From NCBI GenBank assembly GCA_964446235.1, contig CAYUNW010000001.1, forward strand, positions 37,837 through 101,836: a stretch of 64,000 bases of DNA, read 5' to 3'. Under the pieces are notes generated by a model, which ran no database searches, was not told the DNA's origin, and was given only the letters and a program-made list of their open reading frames with translations. Positions 18,792 through 29,599 of the stretch are shown here, one piece after another (position 1 is the stretch's first letter; every line of letters begins with the position of its first letter). Both the position numbers and the translations under genes were made by a program. Source of the DNA: an uncultured Gammaproteobacteria bacterium (GTDB lineage: Bacteria > Patescibacteriota > Microgenomatia > 2-02-FULL-39-11).

Positions 18792-19433
18792 TTAATTTAA
18801 ATATTCATAAATTATATTATTAAGTTTTTCTTCAACTTTCCCGATAATTTTCACATCTTGTATTTTTGCCAAAACATCATTTAGGTAACCGTATAATAAC
18901 AATTTTTTAGCGGAATTTTTATCAAGACCCCGACTGTTTAGATAATATAAGCTTTGACTGTCTATGTTTGATATAGTTACTCCATGAGTGCACCTGACAT
19001 CATTTGCTAAAATTTCCAGGTAAGGTTTGGAAATAACTTGGGCATTTTTTGACAACATCAAATTTTGGTTTTTCTGGTAAGCATTAGACTTATATGCATT
19101 TTTATTGATATTTATCATACCTTTGTAATCAAATACGGAATTATCTTTCATGACGGACTTTATCAGTAGGTCGCTTTGGCTTCCGCCTTTTTGATGATCC
19201 TGTAAAGTAGATAATACAAAATTCTTTTTCCCAAATCCAAAAATTATCCCTAATATGGTTACTTTGGCGTGACTACCGGTTATCTTAAATTTTAAACTTA
19301 ACTTTCTTGACACTTCACCGTAAGATATAATTAAATATGTCACATCTTGTCTATCATCTATCTGAAAATCCATATCTTTGGTCAAATCTTCAATAAATAT
19401 TGTCTTATTTTTTTTATTATTGGATTTTTTCAT
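18792..19433 (-). CDS. sufD: short SufD-family protein
   Basis: [34 protein letters not shown]; follows sufB. Confidence 0.85.
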   Translation of the reverse strand: MKKSNNKKNKTIFIEDLTKDMDFQIDDRQDVTYLIISYGEVSRKLSLKFKITGSHAKVTILGIIFGFGKKNFVLSTLQDHQKGGSQSDLLIKSVMKDNSVFDYKGMININKNAYKSNAYQKNQNLMLSKNAQVISKPYLEILANDVRCTHGVTISNIDSQSLYYLNSRGLDKNSAKKLLLYGYLNDVLAKIQDVKIIGKVEEKLNNIIYEYLN

Positions 19434-20827
19434 CCCACAGATCCTTCCATTTGAAGCTGAATAAGCCTGTTTAATTCGACTGCATACTCAAGAGGTAATT
19501 CTTTAACAATCGGCTCAATAAAACCGTTGACTATCAAACTTTGAGCATCGTTTTTAGATAATCCTCTACTTTGTAAATAGAATAATTGCTCATCACCTAT
19601 TTTGGAAACAGTAGCCTCATGTTCTATGCTTACCATATCATTTCTTATATCCATATCGGGATACGTATCGGATCTTGATTTGTCATCGATTATAAGAGCA
19701 TCACAAACAACTTTGGTTTTGGAATTTGATGCACTGGGTAAAATTTGCACCTTGCCTCTATATGACGTCCGCCCTCCAAAAGCACTTACTGATTTGGAAA
19801 TAATCTGCGAAGAAGTAAAAGGAGCGATATGTATAGCTTTTCCACCAGCGTCCTGATGCTGACTCTTACCTCCATATGCAATAGATAATATTTCTCCTCT
19901 AGCGCCTTTGCCTATCAGATAAACGCTGGGATATTTCATGGTTAATTTACTACCCAAGTTTCCGTCTACCCATTCTCCGACTGCATTTTCCTGTACTTTC
20001 ATTCTTTTTGTAACCAGATTATAAACATTGTTGGACCAATTCTGTATCGTAGTGTAGCGTACCCTAGCGCCCTTATGAACAATAATCTCAACAACCGCAG
20101 CGTGGAGAGAATCGGTAGAATAAATAGGTGCGGTACATCCTTCTACATAATGGACAAAACTGTCTTCATCGGCAATAATCAAAGTTCTCTCAAACTGCCC
20201 CATGTTTGCCGCATTTATCCTAAAATATGCCTGCAAAGGCAAATCAACATGAACTCCTTTGGGTACGTATATAAATGATCCTCCGGACCAGACAGCACTA
20301 TTTAAGGCTGCAAATTTATTATCTTGGGGTGGAACGATTGTGGAAAAATAATTTTTTACCAAATCAGGATGTTTTTTAAGTCCCGTATCCATGTCTAAAA
20401 AAATCACTCCTTTTTTCTCTAAGGTTTTCTTGATACTTTTATACACAACTTCACTTTCATACTGGGCTGATATCCCACCCAGATATTTTTTCTCCGCTTG
20501 GGGTATGCCGATTTTGTCATAAGTATCTTTGATTTCCTCCGGTAAATCATCCCATTTTGTTGCCTTTTTTTTTGTAGGGTTGATGTAATAGTATATATCG
20601 TCAAAATTTATTGATGATAAATCTCCTCCCCATTGAGGCATTTTTTTAGCATAAAATATTTCCAGGGAATTCAAACGAAATTCCCTCATCCAATCAGGTT
20701 CGTTTTTTAAATATGAAATTTTGTTCACTATACTTGTTGATAAGACTTTTTCCGATTTGTATACATAATTTTCCGGTTTTTTGAACCCGAAATTATAACG
20801 GGATGATTTCTTAAATATCTTGGTCAT
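19430..20827 (-). CDS. sufB: Fe-S cluster assembly protein SufB
   Basis: [52 protein letters not shown]. Confidence 0.97.
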   Translation of the reverse strand: MTKIFKKSSRYNFGFKKPENYVYKSEKVLSTSIVNKISYLKNEPDWMREFRLNSLEIFYAKKMPQWGGDLSSINFDDIYYYINPTKKKATKWDDLPEEIKDTYDKIGIPQAEKKYLGGISAQYESEVVYKSIKKTLEKKGVIFLDMDTGLKKHPDLVKNYFSTIVPPQDNKFAALNSAVWSGGSFIYVPKGVHVDLPLQAYFRINAANMGQFERTLIIADEDSFVHYVEGCTAPIYSTDSLHAAVVEIIVHKGARVRYTTIQNWSNNVYNLVTKRMKVQENAVGEWVDGNLGSKLTMKYPSVYLIGKGARGEILSIAYGGKSQHQDAGGKAIHIAPFTSSQIISKSVSAFGGRTSYRGKVQILPSASNSKTKVVCDALIIDDKSRSDTYPDMDIRNDMVSIEHEATVSKIGDEQLFYLQSRGLSKNDAQSLIVNGFIEPIVKELPLEYAVELNRLIQLQMEGSVG

Positions 20828-20837
20828 TGAAGTTACT

Positions 20838-21602
20838 TTAATTAATCCACTTGGAGTATCCGTTTTTTTCTATCATGTCCACCAAAGATGCTGATCCCTT
20901 CTGGACAATCTTACCGTCGATCATGACTAATACCATATCAGGTTTAACATACTTAAGTATTCTTTGATAATGAGTTATCAAAAGTATACCGATATTATCG
21001 CTTTTCAATTTATTTATGGATTTAGCTATTAATTTTAAGGCGTCTACATCAAGTCCCGTATCAATTTCGTCAAAAATTGCGTATTTTTTGGCCAATAACA
21101 GAGCCTGCAGCATTTCCAGCTTTTTCTTCTCCCCTCCTGAAAAATCTTCATTCAAACCTCTTTTGAGAAGCTCTTTTGAAATATTCAAATAATTTGCGTT
21201 TTTAAGCAACAACGCAAAAATATTATCAGTTTTTAATGCCGGATTGTGGTATGACTTTAAATTACTTTTAACTTTTTGAGTATTCTGCAAAGAACGTATC
21301 ATGCTGACAATATTTACTCCGGTTATACTTACTGGATTTTGAAAAGCCAGAAATAATCCTGACTTTGCCCTATCCTCGGTTGTATGAATAGTAATGTCTT
21401 TTCCGTCCAAAATAATTTTTGAATATTTTTCATCTAACGCATATATCGAATTACCCATCAATACATTGGAAAGAGTCGATTTACCACTACCGTTAGGACC
21501 CATTAGGACTGCTAGTTTTCCTTTTGGTAATTCAAAACTTAAATTTTTAAGTATTTTTTTACCGTTTATACTGGCGGATAGATTTCTAACGGTTAAACTC
21601 AT
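20838..21602 (-). CDS. sufC: Fe-S assembly ATPase SufC
   Basis: [42 protein letters not shown]; start moved to 21602 (ATGA overlap with the Rrf2 gene). Confidence 0.95.
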   Translation of the reverse strand: MSLTVRNLSASINGKKILKNLSFELPKGKLAVLMGPNGSGKSTLSNVLMGNSIYALDEKYSKIILDGKDITIHTTEDRAKSGLFLAFQNPVSITGVNIVSMIRSLQNTQKVKSNLKSYHNPALKTDNIFALLLKNANYLNISKELLKRGLNEDFSGGEKKKLEMLQALLLAKKYAIFDEIDTGLDVDALKLIAKSINKLKSDNIGILLITHYQRILKYVKPDMVLVMIDGKIVQKGSASLVDMIEKNGYSKWIN

Positions 21603-22006
21603 AATGCGACAAATTCTTTGAGTGTTATATTCTGAAGATAATTGGATATTTTGGTGTTTATTCCTGTCCAAAGAGAAAAACAAGAGCATTTGTGCTTATC
21701 TATACTGCATCTGTTTCTAACACAACCAGGACTTAAAATATCGCTTGATATTGATTCTAGTATCTGGGAAAGCTGTATTTTATTTGAATTTCTGGAAAGC
21801 TTGTAACCGCCGCTTATACCTTCTTTGCTTTCTATTAAACCCGCCTTTTTCAAACTTATGGCGATTTGTTTAAGAAATAGACCGGACAAACCTTTTTCTT
21901 TAGCAATAACAGATAAAGATTTATATTCAAATTTTTTCTTATTTTCAATTTTTGACAATTCGCTCATCAAAATCAGAGCGTAATCTTCTTTTTTGGATAT
22001 CTTCAT
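21599..22006 (-). CDS. Rrf2-family (IscR/SufR-like) transcriptional regulator
   Basis: DYAL, LKKAGLIESKEGISGGY, C-terminal Cys cluster (C-x4-C-x6-C). Confidence 0.9.
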   Translation of the reverse strand: MKISKKEDYALILMSELSKIENKKKFEYKSLSVIAKEKGLSGLFLKQIAISLKKAGLIESKEGISGGYKLSRNSNKIQLSQILESISSDILSPGCVRNRCSIDKHKCSCFSLWTGINTKISNYLQNITLKEFVAL

Positions 22007-22008
22007 AA

Positions 22009-22066
22009 ATAACTGATAGTTACATAGTAACAGTTATAGTTTAATGATATTTATGCTTATTGTCAA
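22009..22066 (-). promoter_or_regulatory. suf operon promoter (TTGACA-17-TAAACT) with inverted repeat ATAACTG-N15-CAGTTAT at 22009-22037
   Basis: TTGACA at 22066-22061, TAAACT at 22043-22038; palindrome between the -10 and the start codon. Confidence 0.7.
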
Positions 22067-22151
22067 TATAAAAATCATCCATCCGGTGATTTCTCAGGTA
22101 TTTTACTGCTTTTACAAGTAAATAATTTTGATATAATGTATAGATTATTTT

Positions 22152-22862
22152 ATGGAAATAATAAATTCCACCATTGACCTGTTTTTGCATTTGGATAAAC
22201 ACCTTATAAAAGTGGTACAAACATACGGATTATTGAGTTATGTTTTGCTATTTATCGTCATTTTTCTGGAAACGGGTTTTGTGGTGACACCATTTCTACC
22301 AGGTGATTCGCTTTTGTTTGTCGCTGGAACTTTGGCAAGTCAAAAAGCAATAAATATCTGGACATTATATATACTTTTATCCATAGCGGCAATTTTGGGG
22401 GATACGGTCAATTACTGGATTGGTCATTTTATCGGACCAAAAGTTTTCAAAAATAAAAATTCTAAAATATTCAAACCCGAATATCTTGAGAAAACCAGCC
22501 AGTTTTATGCAAAATACGGGGGTAAAACTATCATTATTGCCAGATTTGTACCGATAGTCAGAACGTTTGCTCCATTTGTAGCCGGAGTTGGGAAAATGCA
22601 TTATGGTCAGTTCATATCATATAACTTTTTCGGAGGACTTTTATGGGTGACTTTATTTACCTTCGGTGGATACTTCTTCGGAAACTTACCGATAATTAAA
22701 AATAATTTCCATACGGCAATTTTTGTAATAATTTTTCTCTCAATCCTACCGGCAATTATCGAATATATCAAACACAAAAAAGAATCGAAAAAAATACATC
22801 ATCAGCAAATCGATTACAAGTCACTTGAAGAAACATTCCACAAACAACACCTGTCTGATTAA
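22152..22862 (+). CDS. DedA family membrane protein
   Basis: FLETG...PFLPGDSLLF, GDTVNYWIG, ARFVPIVRTFAPFVAG. Confidence 0.93.
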   Translation: MEIINSTIDLFLHLDKHLIKVVQTYGLLSYVLLFIVIFLETGFVVTPFLPGDSLLFVAGTLASQKAINIWTLYILLSIAAILGDTVNYWIGHFIGPKVFKNKNSKIFKPEYLEKTSQFYAKYGGKTIIIARFVPIVRTFAPFVAGVGKMHYGQFISYNFFGGLLWVTLFTFGGYFFGNLPIIKNNFHTAIFVIIFLSILPAIIEYIKHKKESKKIHHQQIDYKSLEETFHKQHLSD

Positions 22863-22967
22863 ATTTACTAAATATATTTACCGTTTTCTAGATAAGTATA
22901 AGAATATCTCTGTTAAAAAATAAAATCTTATTTAAACAAATATTACATTCGTAATATTATAATATTT

Positions 22968-23537
22968 TCAAAAAGGTAACGATAATGAAATACTATTACT
23001 AATTTTATGTTCAGAAAAATCAACTATGATATCTTTCAAACCTTTCGCAGTTAAAAATTTGAGTAACTTGTTTTTCTTCCCATATTCATACAATTCTTTG
23101 GTTATTTTCACATCATCCAAAACATAACTTTTTAACTTATCCCATTCTTTTTTCCTGTAATATTCTATGGCTTTGAAACCATGACCGGATTTTCGGATAT
23201 CCAAGGTAGCTTTAGCTAAATCGTCCAATGCTACTCTATGTCCCAAATATTTCTCAACCTCTTCTAAAATATCTAGCCTGGAAAATTGGAATATATCTCC
23301 GATATAATAAGGCTCCAATACTTTCAAATCGAATTTGTTACTATTAAATCCTATAACCAATGATGCGTGTTCCATTTTTTTGAAAAGCAGATTAAGCTCA
23401 TCCTCCAAATATGTTTCGTATGCTCCATTGCCGTAATCATAACAACCGACAATTGAAACTCCCAATTTTTTTATATCTCCACCTACTTCCTGAAAAATAT
23501 GCTTGGTTTCAACATCAAATATTATTGGATTAGACAT
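22968..23537 (-). CDS. RNase H-like (YprB/RNase_H_2, DEDD-type) exonuclease domain protein
   Basis: FDVET, GFNSNKFD, LDDLAKATL, Y-x-x-DDV-x-IT. Confidence 0.8.
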   Translation of the reverse strand: MSNPIIFDVETKHIFQEVGGDIKKLGVSIVGCYDYGNGAYETYLEDELNLLFKKMEHASLVIGFNSNKFDLKVLEPYYIGDIFQFSRLDILEEVEKYLGHRVALDDLAKATLDIRKSGHGFKAIEYYRKKEWDKLKSYVLDDVKITKELYEYGKKNKLLKFLTAKGLKDIIVDFSEHKISNSISLSLPF

Positions 23538-24427
23538 ATTTTTTTTCTGTAAAAATCCATAGTAGCAGTCAGATATACTCCTGTAAATACTAAAATTCCA
23601 CCGATTATAAATTCTGAAGTGAAACTGTCTCCTAGAAAAATCAGGGCTAAAATCCCAACTACCAATGGTTGAAGATAAGTTGTCAGATTCACGGTCAACG
23701 CCGATAAATTTTTTATGGCATATTGAAGAAGAATATAATTTACAAAAGTACCGATAAAACCCATATAAAAACCGGCGATAAGCATTTCGCGCGTAAAAAT
23801 AATTTTTGTACTCTCAAAATAATTTTGGATTAAAAAGGCCGGTAGAGAAAAGCAGAAAGCTACAATAATACTGGTGCCGGCAATAATAAGCGGTTTAAAA
23901 TGACTGGATAATTCCTTCGACAAAAGTATATAGGTAAACCATGACAACATAGCGCTAAATACGGCAATATTGCCTTTCAAACTGCCAAACACATTTTCAT
24001 TTCCCATGTTCGCAGACTTAAAAAGAATGAAAAATACCCCGGTTAAACCTATAAATACACCCATTACAGTACTTAAAGCATATTTTTTCTTCCGTAAAAA
24101 ATAAGCTACAGCAATGGTTAATACAGGAATAAGTGAATAAATTAATTGGCTTGTTGTAGCAGTGGTATATTCTATACCCCACATGAATAACGCCACGTTT
24201 ATTGTCGAAAAAATAGAAGCAAATAGAAGCCTGTCAAATCCCGGTTGTTGCCAAACTTTCTCCCTGATAAAAATCGGAAAAAAAGCAAAAGAGGCAAAAA
24301 ACATTCTTAAAAAAAACATTTGCATTGAAGGAGCGCTGTACGAAAAAAACTTGGCAATGATGACCAATATCGAAAAAAATATTACTGTTAAAAAAAGAGC
24401 TGCTAATGCTTTTGATTTTTCATGCAT
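23522..24427 (-). CDS. EamA/DMT family transporter
   Basis: About 10 hydrophobic segments in two EamA-like repeats. Confidence 0.85.
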   Translation of the reverse strand: MHEKSKALAALFLTVIFFSILVIIAKFFSYSAPSMQMFFLRMFFASFAFFPIFIREKVWQQPGFDRLLFASIFSTINVALFMWGIEYTTATTSQLIYSLIPVLTIAVAYFLRKKKYALSTVMGVFIGLTGVFFILFKSANMGNENVFGSLKGNIAVFSAMLSWFTYILLSKELSSHFKPLIIAGTSIIVAFCFSLPAFLIQNYFESTKIIFTREMLIAGFYMGFIGTFVNYILLQYAIKNLSALTVNLTTYLQPLVVGILALIFLGDSFTSEFIIGGILVFTGVYLTATMDFYRKKICLIQ

Positions 24428-24978
24428 AAAAATTTTTTGAAATCAATTTTTTCAAATGCTATAATCATCCATGGAGTATACAGTTTGTCTTTCTTCCGAA
24501 TCGATTTCAAAATATTATCACAATTTTCTTCATGAATTTGACTAATTTCTATTGGATTAATCTCTACCTTACCATCATAGTTACCAAGTAAAACATGACA
24601 ATATTCATTCTCACTGTCATTACCGTATTTTTGATGATAATAAAATGCTCCTAAATCTTGAAATTCCACCTCTACTCCAAGCTCTTCTCTGGCTCTTCGT
24701 GAAGCAGCATGTTCGACAGTTTCTCCAGGTAAAACATGACTTACAACAGAACCATCCCAGTAATTTCCCCATAAACTTTTCTTATAGCTTCTTTTTGTCA
24801 GGATAAACTTTCCGTTTCTTCTTCTTAGAAATGCAACAAATGCCAAATGTGGTAAACCTTCTCCATGATGACATTCTTCTCTTGTTGCAGTTGTAATTTT
24901 TTTGCCATTTTCATCAACTACAATAAGTCTCTGTTTTTTGTTCTCACCCTTTAAATCATGAAGTTTATTAACAACCAT
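24403..24978 (-). CDS. type 1 isopentenyl-diphosphate isomerase-like Nudix protein
   Basis: H...HLAF, RSYKK, GET...AA.RR..EELG, ENEYCHV, YTPW; the catalytic Cys position reads SVVSH. Confidence 0.75.
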   Translation of the reverse strand: MVVNKLHDLKGENKKQRLIVVDENGKKITTATREECHHGEGLPHLAFVAFLRRRNGKFILTKRSYKKSLWGNYWDGSVVSHVLPGETVEHAASRRAREELGVEVEFQDLGAFYYHQKYGNDSENEYCHVLLGNYDGKVEINPIEISQIHEENCDNILKSIRKKDKLYTPWMIIAFEKIDFKKFLCMKNQKH

Positions 24979-25765
24979 AACTTTTAGGAATATTTTTTAA
25001 CAGAAATTTATCTATTACATGAATAACACCGTTTTTTTGGTAAGTTGGAGCGATATAATCAGCCTTGCTTTTGAGTTCTTCCTGAGCATTTCCCATGGCG
25101 ACTTTAAATCCACAAGCCATAAAAAGCGGGAGATCATTATTACTATCACCTACAGCAATGACTTCTTTTGAAGAAAAACCCAATAATTTAAATATCTTCT
25201 GGGCAGCAATACGTTTTGTGGCGTTAAGATTGGTGATATGAATAGATTGGCTTTTATCATCTGTTCCCGAAACGCTTATAGTTGTATGAACAGACGGAAA
25301 TTTTTTATAACGATTATAAATTGATTTTGCTTTTTGGGGTGTAATACCCAAAACCAAAATTTTTATAATTTTATCCATTTTTATCTTGTTATAATTTGCT
25401 GCTAGATTCTCAAATCGATTTTCCTTATCAATAACGATCAAATTAATTTCTTTATCTTCGAGTAACTCTTGAATAATTAATTGGGAATCTTTTTGTTTTA
25501 TATATGTTTCCCATATATATTTTTCGCTTTTAGGATCGTAAATTCTGGCACCATTATCTAATATTACAGGTGTCTTTAGATTTAACCCTTTTATAAAATC
25601 TATAGCCCATGGCAAATATCTAGCCGTAGCAACCGTAAAATATAACCCGACTTGATGAAGTTTACTGACCTTTTCTATCAAAATAGCACTAGGTTTAGGT
25701 GCTGGTAATTCGCTTGGCGCAAACAAAGTCCCATCCATATCGGCAATCAGCATTTTATATTTCAT
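24968..25765 (-). CDS. Cof-type HAD IIB hydrolase
   Basis: DMDGT, ATAR, DNGA, K, GDSNND, AMGNA. Confidence 0.9.
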   Translation of the reverse strand: MKYKMLIADMDGTLFAPSELPAPKPSAILIEKVSKLHQVGLYFTVATARYLPWAIDFIKGLNLKTPVILDNGARIYDPKSEKYIWETYIKQKDSQLIIQELLEDKEINLIVIDKENRFENLAANYNKIKMDKIIKILVLGITPQKAKSIYNRYKKFPSVHTTISVSGTDDKSQSIHITNLNATKRIAAQKIFKLLGFSSKEVIAVGDSNNDLPLFMACGFKVAMGNAQEELKSKADYIAPTYQKNGVIHVIDKFLLKNIPKSYGC

Positions 25766-25796
25766 AATGTCATTTAAGTTTTCATGAATTGAAAAA

Positions 25797-26360
25797 CTAC
25801 TTAGATACTTTGCTATGAAGTAATTTTTCTAAATGGTGAACAGCAGAAACCGGAGTTTTTGCACATTCGTAAAGATTTTTTAAATCATTTAATACGAAAC
25901 CTTCTTCAATGTACATATTAATCAGATCTTCAAACCGTTGGAAAAAGTCAGAAACCAAAATAAGCGGGATATTGAAAGGAATTTCTTTTTTTCTTTTTTG
26001 TGCCAACAACTGGGAAATTTCAAATAACGTCCCGACACCTCCGGGTAATGCTATAAATCCATCGGCAAGGTTAAATAACCTGATTTGTCGTTTTAATAGA
26101 TCGGTATAAAATTCCTTAACGGTCAAAAATTCCGAATTTTTCCTGTCTTTAATATCCAGACATATACCTATCGTTTCACCGCCTGCTTTGTAAGCGCCTT
26201 CTGATACCTTATCCATCAACCCCGGTCCTCCGCCGGTAACGGTTGTAAATCCATTTCTTGCCAATAATTTACCTGTCTGATAAGCCAAGGAAAAATAAAA
26301 ATCCTCTTTATCTTTACGGCAGTAATTACCTGCAAACACTACTATTTTCGGTTTTTTCAT
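25797..26360 (-). CDS. LOG family nucleotide phosphoribohydrolase
   Basis: TGGGPGLM, PGGVGTLFE. Confidence 0.88.
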   Translation of the reverse strand: MKKPKIVVFAGNYCRKDKEDFYFSLAYQTGKLLARNGFTTVTGGGPGLMDKVSEGAYKAGGETIGICLDIKDRKNSEFLTVKEFYTDLLKRQIRLFNLADGFIALPGGVGTLFEISQLLAQKRKKEIPFNIPLILVSDFFQRFEDLINMYIEEGFVLNDLKNLYECAKTPVSAVHHLEKLLHSKVSK

Positions 26361-26887
26361 CTTATCATTCTACCTTGTGTAATTTTCCCGATAACTTCTT
26401 CTATTTTTGAAGCATAAAAGTAAGGATTAGGTATTGCTCTAACTATAAGATAGCTTTTAGAATACGAGTTATAAAGTTTTATATCACCGAAGTTAAACCA
26501 TTTACCCAATAAATTTTGTTCAACTGTTACAGTTTCTATATTTCGCAATGAATATGTTTCTTTTTTTCGGTTTGCTATTCCATGATTTTTCGCCAAAAGC
26601 AAAGGTTTAAGCTCAAAGTATTCGTGTTCATGCTGGATAATCAAATAAACTATTATGCTGATCTGGATGATAGTTAAAGTCAGATAGTAAAATATCCCAA
26701 ACCACTGCAAACCTTGTAAAAAATCAAGGGAAAATTGAAAATTATACAGGTAGATTTTTGGAAATCTCAAGATTAAATACAAGCTTGTAAAAATTATCTG
26801 GATAATTAAAATGTTCGAAATCAGATAAAATGCGCTTTGCTGGAACTGTAATATTGATTCACCGTGATTGTCTTTATTTCCGTTCAT
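26357..26887 (-). CDS. membrane protein with bacterial PH (bPH_2) domain
   Basis: Two TMs followed by G-I...I-E-x-V-x-V-x-Q-x-x-LG-x-x-FNFG-x-I...IPNP. Confidence 0.75.
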   Translation of the reverse strand: MNGNKDNHGESILQFQQSAFYLISNILIIQIIFTSLYLILRFPKIYLYNFQFSLDFLQGLQWFGIFYYLTLTIIQISIIVYLIIQHEHEYFELKPLLLAKNHGIANRKKETYSLRNIETVTVEQNLLGKWFNFGDIKLYNSYSKSYLIVRAIPNPYFYASKIEEVIGKITQGRMIR

Positions 26888-27204
26888 ATAATTTCAATTT
26901 TGTTTTTCCTTTTTTTATCTAGACTATCAAGCTTCAATAATTTTACCCCAATGTAAACTACTAAGGCGATAATTACAAAATCAATGAATGTGCTGATAAA
27001 ACTTCCCCACATAATTTCAACTGACCCAATCTTGGTACTCATCTTATCCAAGCTTCCCATAGCACCCATAAATATACCCAAAACCGGATTGATAATATCA
27101 TTTACTAGAGAAGCAACCAACTTGGAAATAGATCCTCCAAGAATGAACCCTACTGCCAATCCCACTGCTCCCTGCTCCCTGATAAATTCTATAAATCCTT
27201 TCAT
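26884..27204 (-). CDS. mscL: large-conductance mechanosensitive channel
   Basis: F-x-EFI...LAVGFILG...LVASLVNDIINP, WGSFIS...FVIIA. Confidence 0.9.
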   Translation of the reverse strand: MKGFIEFIREQGAVGLAVGFILGGSISKLVASLVNDIINPVLGIFMGAMGSLDKMSTKIGSVEIMWGSFISTFIDFVIIALVVYIGVKLLKLDSLDKKRKNKIEII

Positions 27205-27926
27205 TAGATTAATCTCCTTTTTTTAAAAACTAAATAAGTATTTAAGTCATCTTTACAACGATATTTTGTAAGTATATCAAATCCATATATTTTAAGCTTT
27301 TTAATCATATAAACAATATCATTTTCATCAAAATAATGGCAATATCTGTATATTTTCCTATCTTTCCATCCTAAAAATAAATCACCCTTTTCTAAATCAT
27401 TAGTATAAATTTTGTATAACGGTAATTCCTGTCTTGCTTTTTGGACGGAAAAATTCCATAAAGAAACAATCAGAAGTCCATTCTTATTTAGTTTTTGACA
27501 AATTTTTGAAAGCCATCTCAATCTATAAATTTTTCCCGGAAGATGATGCATGAACCCAAAAATTACTACTACGTCATAATTTTCTTTTAAAGAAAATCCA
27601 TCCTCTAATATATCTTCATTTGCAATTTTAATACCGGGATTTTCATGTAAGGCATATTTAATAACTTTTGGATTTGAATCGATACCCAAATAGACGATAT
27701 GAAAATCGGTTAAATGACGTGTTAGAAATTTATAAAATCTACCATTACCACAAGCTATATCCAAAATTCTTAATTTTTTTTGTTGAAAAAAATTTTCCCT
27801 GACGATATTTATCATGTTAGACCAACCCTGCCACGGATATAATCTGCTTTGAAAAAAATCCTTTGCCAGCTTGTTGTAAAATTCCTTATTAAGACGGATT
27901 ATTTTATTACGGGTTATTAATTTCAT
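27204..27926 (-). CDS. class I SAM methyltransferase, Trm9/ALKBH8-like
   Basis: YNKLAKDFFQSRLYPW, LDIACGNGRF, FMHHL, SLW, DLFLGW, RYCHYF resemble the Trm9 family blocks (from memory). Confidence 0.75.
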   Translation of the reverse strand: MKLITRNKIIRLNKEFYNKLAKDFFQSRLYPWQGWSNMINIVRENFFQQKKLRILDIACGNGRFYKFLTRHLTDFHIVYLGIDSNPKVIKYALHENPGIKIANEDILEDGFSLKENYDVVVIFGFMHHLPGKIYRLRWLSKICQKLNKNGLLIVSLWNFSVQKARQELPLYKIYTNDLEKGDLFLGWKDRKIYRYCHYFDENDIVYMIKKLKIYGFDILTKYRCKDDLNTYLVFKKRRLI

Positions 27927-27940
27927 TTATTAGATCCAAT

Positions 27941-29599
27941 ATGACGAATTTTAATTCAGAAATTGAAGAAAACCAAATTTTATATATAAATATCATAAAA
28001 AATATATCCGAACTATCAAATCCCAACGACCGTCAAATTACTAAATTACTGCAAAAATGCAACAATCAAAAAAATATAATTTTATCTAAATCAAAGATTT
28101 TTCTAGCTTATAAGTATTTAAAAGAAAAACGAATATTTTGTCTTATCCCCAATACCGAAATTCAATTTAACAAAAATATCATCATGAAACCAACTAGAAG
28201 CATATCTGGTGTTACTGTCATTGCAGTTTTAACCAAACCATTTCCCTGTCCGGGAAAATGCATTTTCTGCCCAACGGAAACTGATATGCCAAAAAGCTAC
28301 ATTTCGAGTGAACCCGGAAGTCAAAGAGCATTAAGAAACAAATTTGATCCTTATCTTCAGACTTACAATAGACTCAAAGCCTTAAGAGACATCGGCCATC
28401 CGACAGATAAACTGGAATTGATTATATTAGGAGGTACATGGAGTTTTTATCCAAAAAAATATCAAGTTTGGTTCATAAATCATTGTCTTCGTGCGTTTAA
28501 CGATTTCGGCAAATCAAAAGAAATCGCTAAAACTCCAAACGAAAAAAAATTATCCTCCCAAAATACCGAAATCGGTATTTTGTTTGAAGAGCTTGGCAAT
28601 AATCAAAAAATGAACGAACATGCAGTAGCCCGATGCGTCGGATTAAGCATTGAAACCCGACCAGACTATATAAATATCGATGAAATTATGTTTTTACGTA
28701 AACTTGGAGTCACTAAAGTTCAGTTAGGTGTTCAAAGTCTGTCAGATAGAATTCTTCAGTTAAATCAAAGAGGTCACAACACAAAAGTAATTAGAAACGC
28801 TATAAATCTATTACGCTTATGTGGGTTTAAAATTCTTATTCATTGGATGCCAAATCTGTTTGGTTCAAATGTCTCTAGGGATAAAGCAGATTATTTGAAA
28901 ATCTTCAAAACGATGGATTACCGTCCTGACGAAATAAAAATATATCCATGTTCGCTTATAAAAAACACCAAATTATTCAAGTATTTCAAAAAAGGCTTGT
29001 GGTTACCGTACAAAAAAGATCAACTTCTTGAAGTGCTTGCATTTTGTCTAGAAAAAACTCCCCGATATTGTCGGATATCCAGGATGGTTAGGGATATACC
29101 AGCAAATGAAATTGCATCAGGCAATAAATTGTCCAATTTCCGACAAATTGCAGAACAATATTTAAACGATAAAAAAATCAAGATTAAAGAAATCAGATTT
29201 AATGAAGTCAAAGGAGAAATTGATAAACTTGCTTTTAAATATTTAAGGTATAAAACGAAATTCACTCAGGAATATTTTCTTTATTTTGAAACTCCAAAAA
29301 ATAAAATTGCCGGTTTTTTAAGACTATCATTACCTATAAAAACTCATATAAGTGAACTAAAAAATTCTTCACTCATCCGTGAACTGCATATATATGGAAA
29401 AAGTTTAGAAATCGGAGATAAAAAGGAGTATGCCTATCAACATTTGGGGTTGGGTAAATTTTTGATTGCAAAAGCATTTGAAATATCAAAAAAAAACAAA
29501 TACGAAAAAATCTCGGTTATATCAGCAATAGGAACAAAAGATTATTACCGTAAACTCGATTTTTCTGATGGGCGGTTATATCAGTATAAATTTATATGA
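27941..29599 (+). CDS. elp3: Elp3 tRNA uridine(34) carboxymethyltransferase (radical SAM + KAT)
   Basis: TRSISGV, CPGKCIFC, MPKSY, IILGGTW, IETRPD, LGVQS, KIYPC, RDIP; KAT-domain GFLRL, IRELHIYG, QHLGLG, ISAIGTKDYYRK. Confidence 0.93.
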   Translation: MTNFNSEIEENQILYINIIKNISELSNPNDRQITKLLQKCNNQKNIILSKSKIFLAYKYLKEKRIFCLIPNTEIQFNKNIIMKPTRSISGVTVIAVLTKPFPCPGKCIFCPTETDMPKSYISSEPGSQRALRNKFDPYLQTYNRLKALRDIGHPTDKLELIILGGTWSFYPKKYQVWFINHCLRAFNDFGKSKEIAKTPNEKKLSSQNTEIGILFEELGNNQKMNEHAVARCVGLSIETRPDYINIDEIMFLRKLGVTKVQLGVQSLSDRILQLNQRGHNTKVIRNAINLLRLCGFKILIHWMPNLFGSNVSRDKADYLKIFKTMDYRPDEIKIYPCSLIKNTKLFKYFKKGLWLPYKKDQLLEVLAFCLEKTPRYCRISRMVRDIPANEIASGNKLSNFRQIAEQYLNDKKIKIKEIRFNEVKGEIDKLAFKYLRYKTKFTQEYFLYFETPKNKIAGFLRLSLPIKTHISELKNSSLIRELHIYGKSLEIGDKKEYAYQHLGLGKFLIAKAFEISKKNKYEKISVISAIGTKDYYRKLDFSDGRLYQYKFI

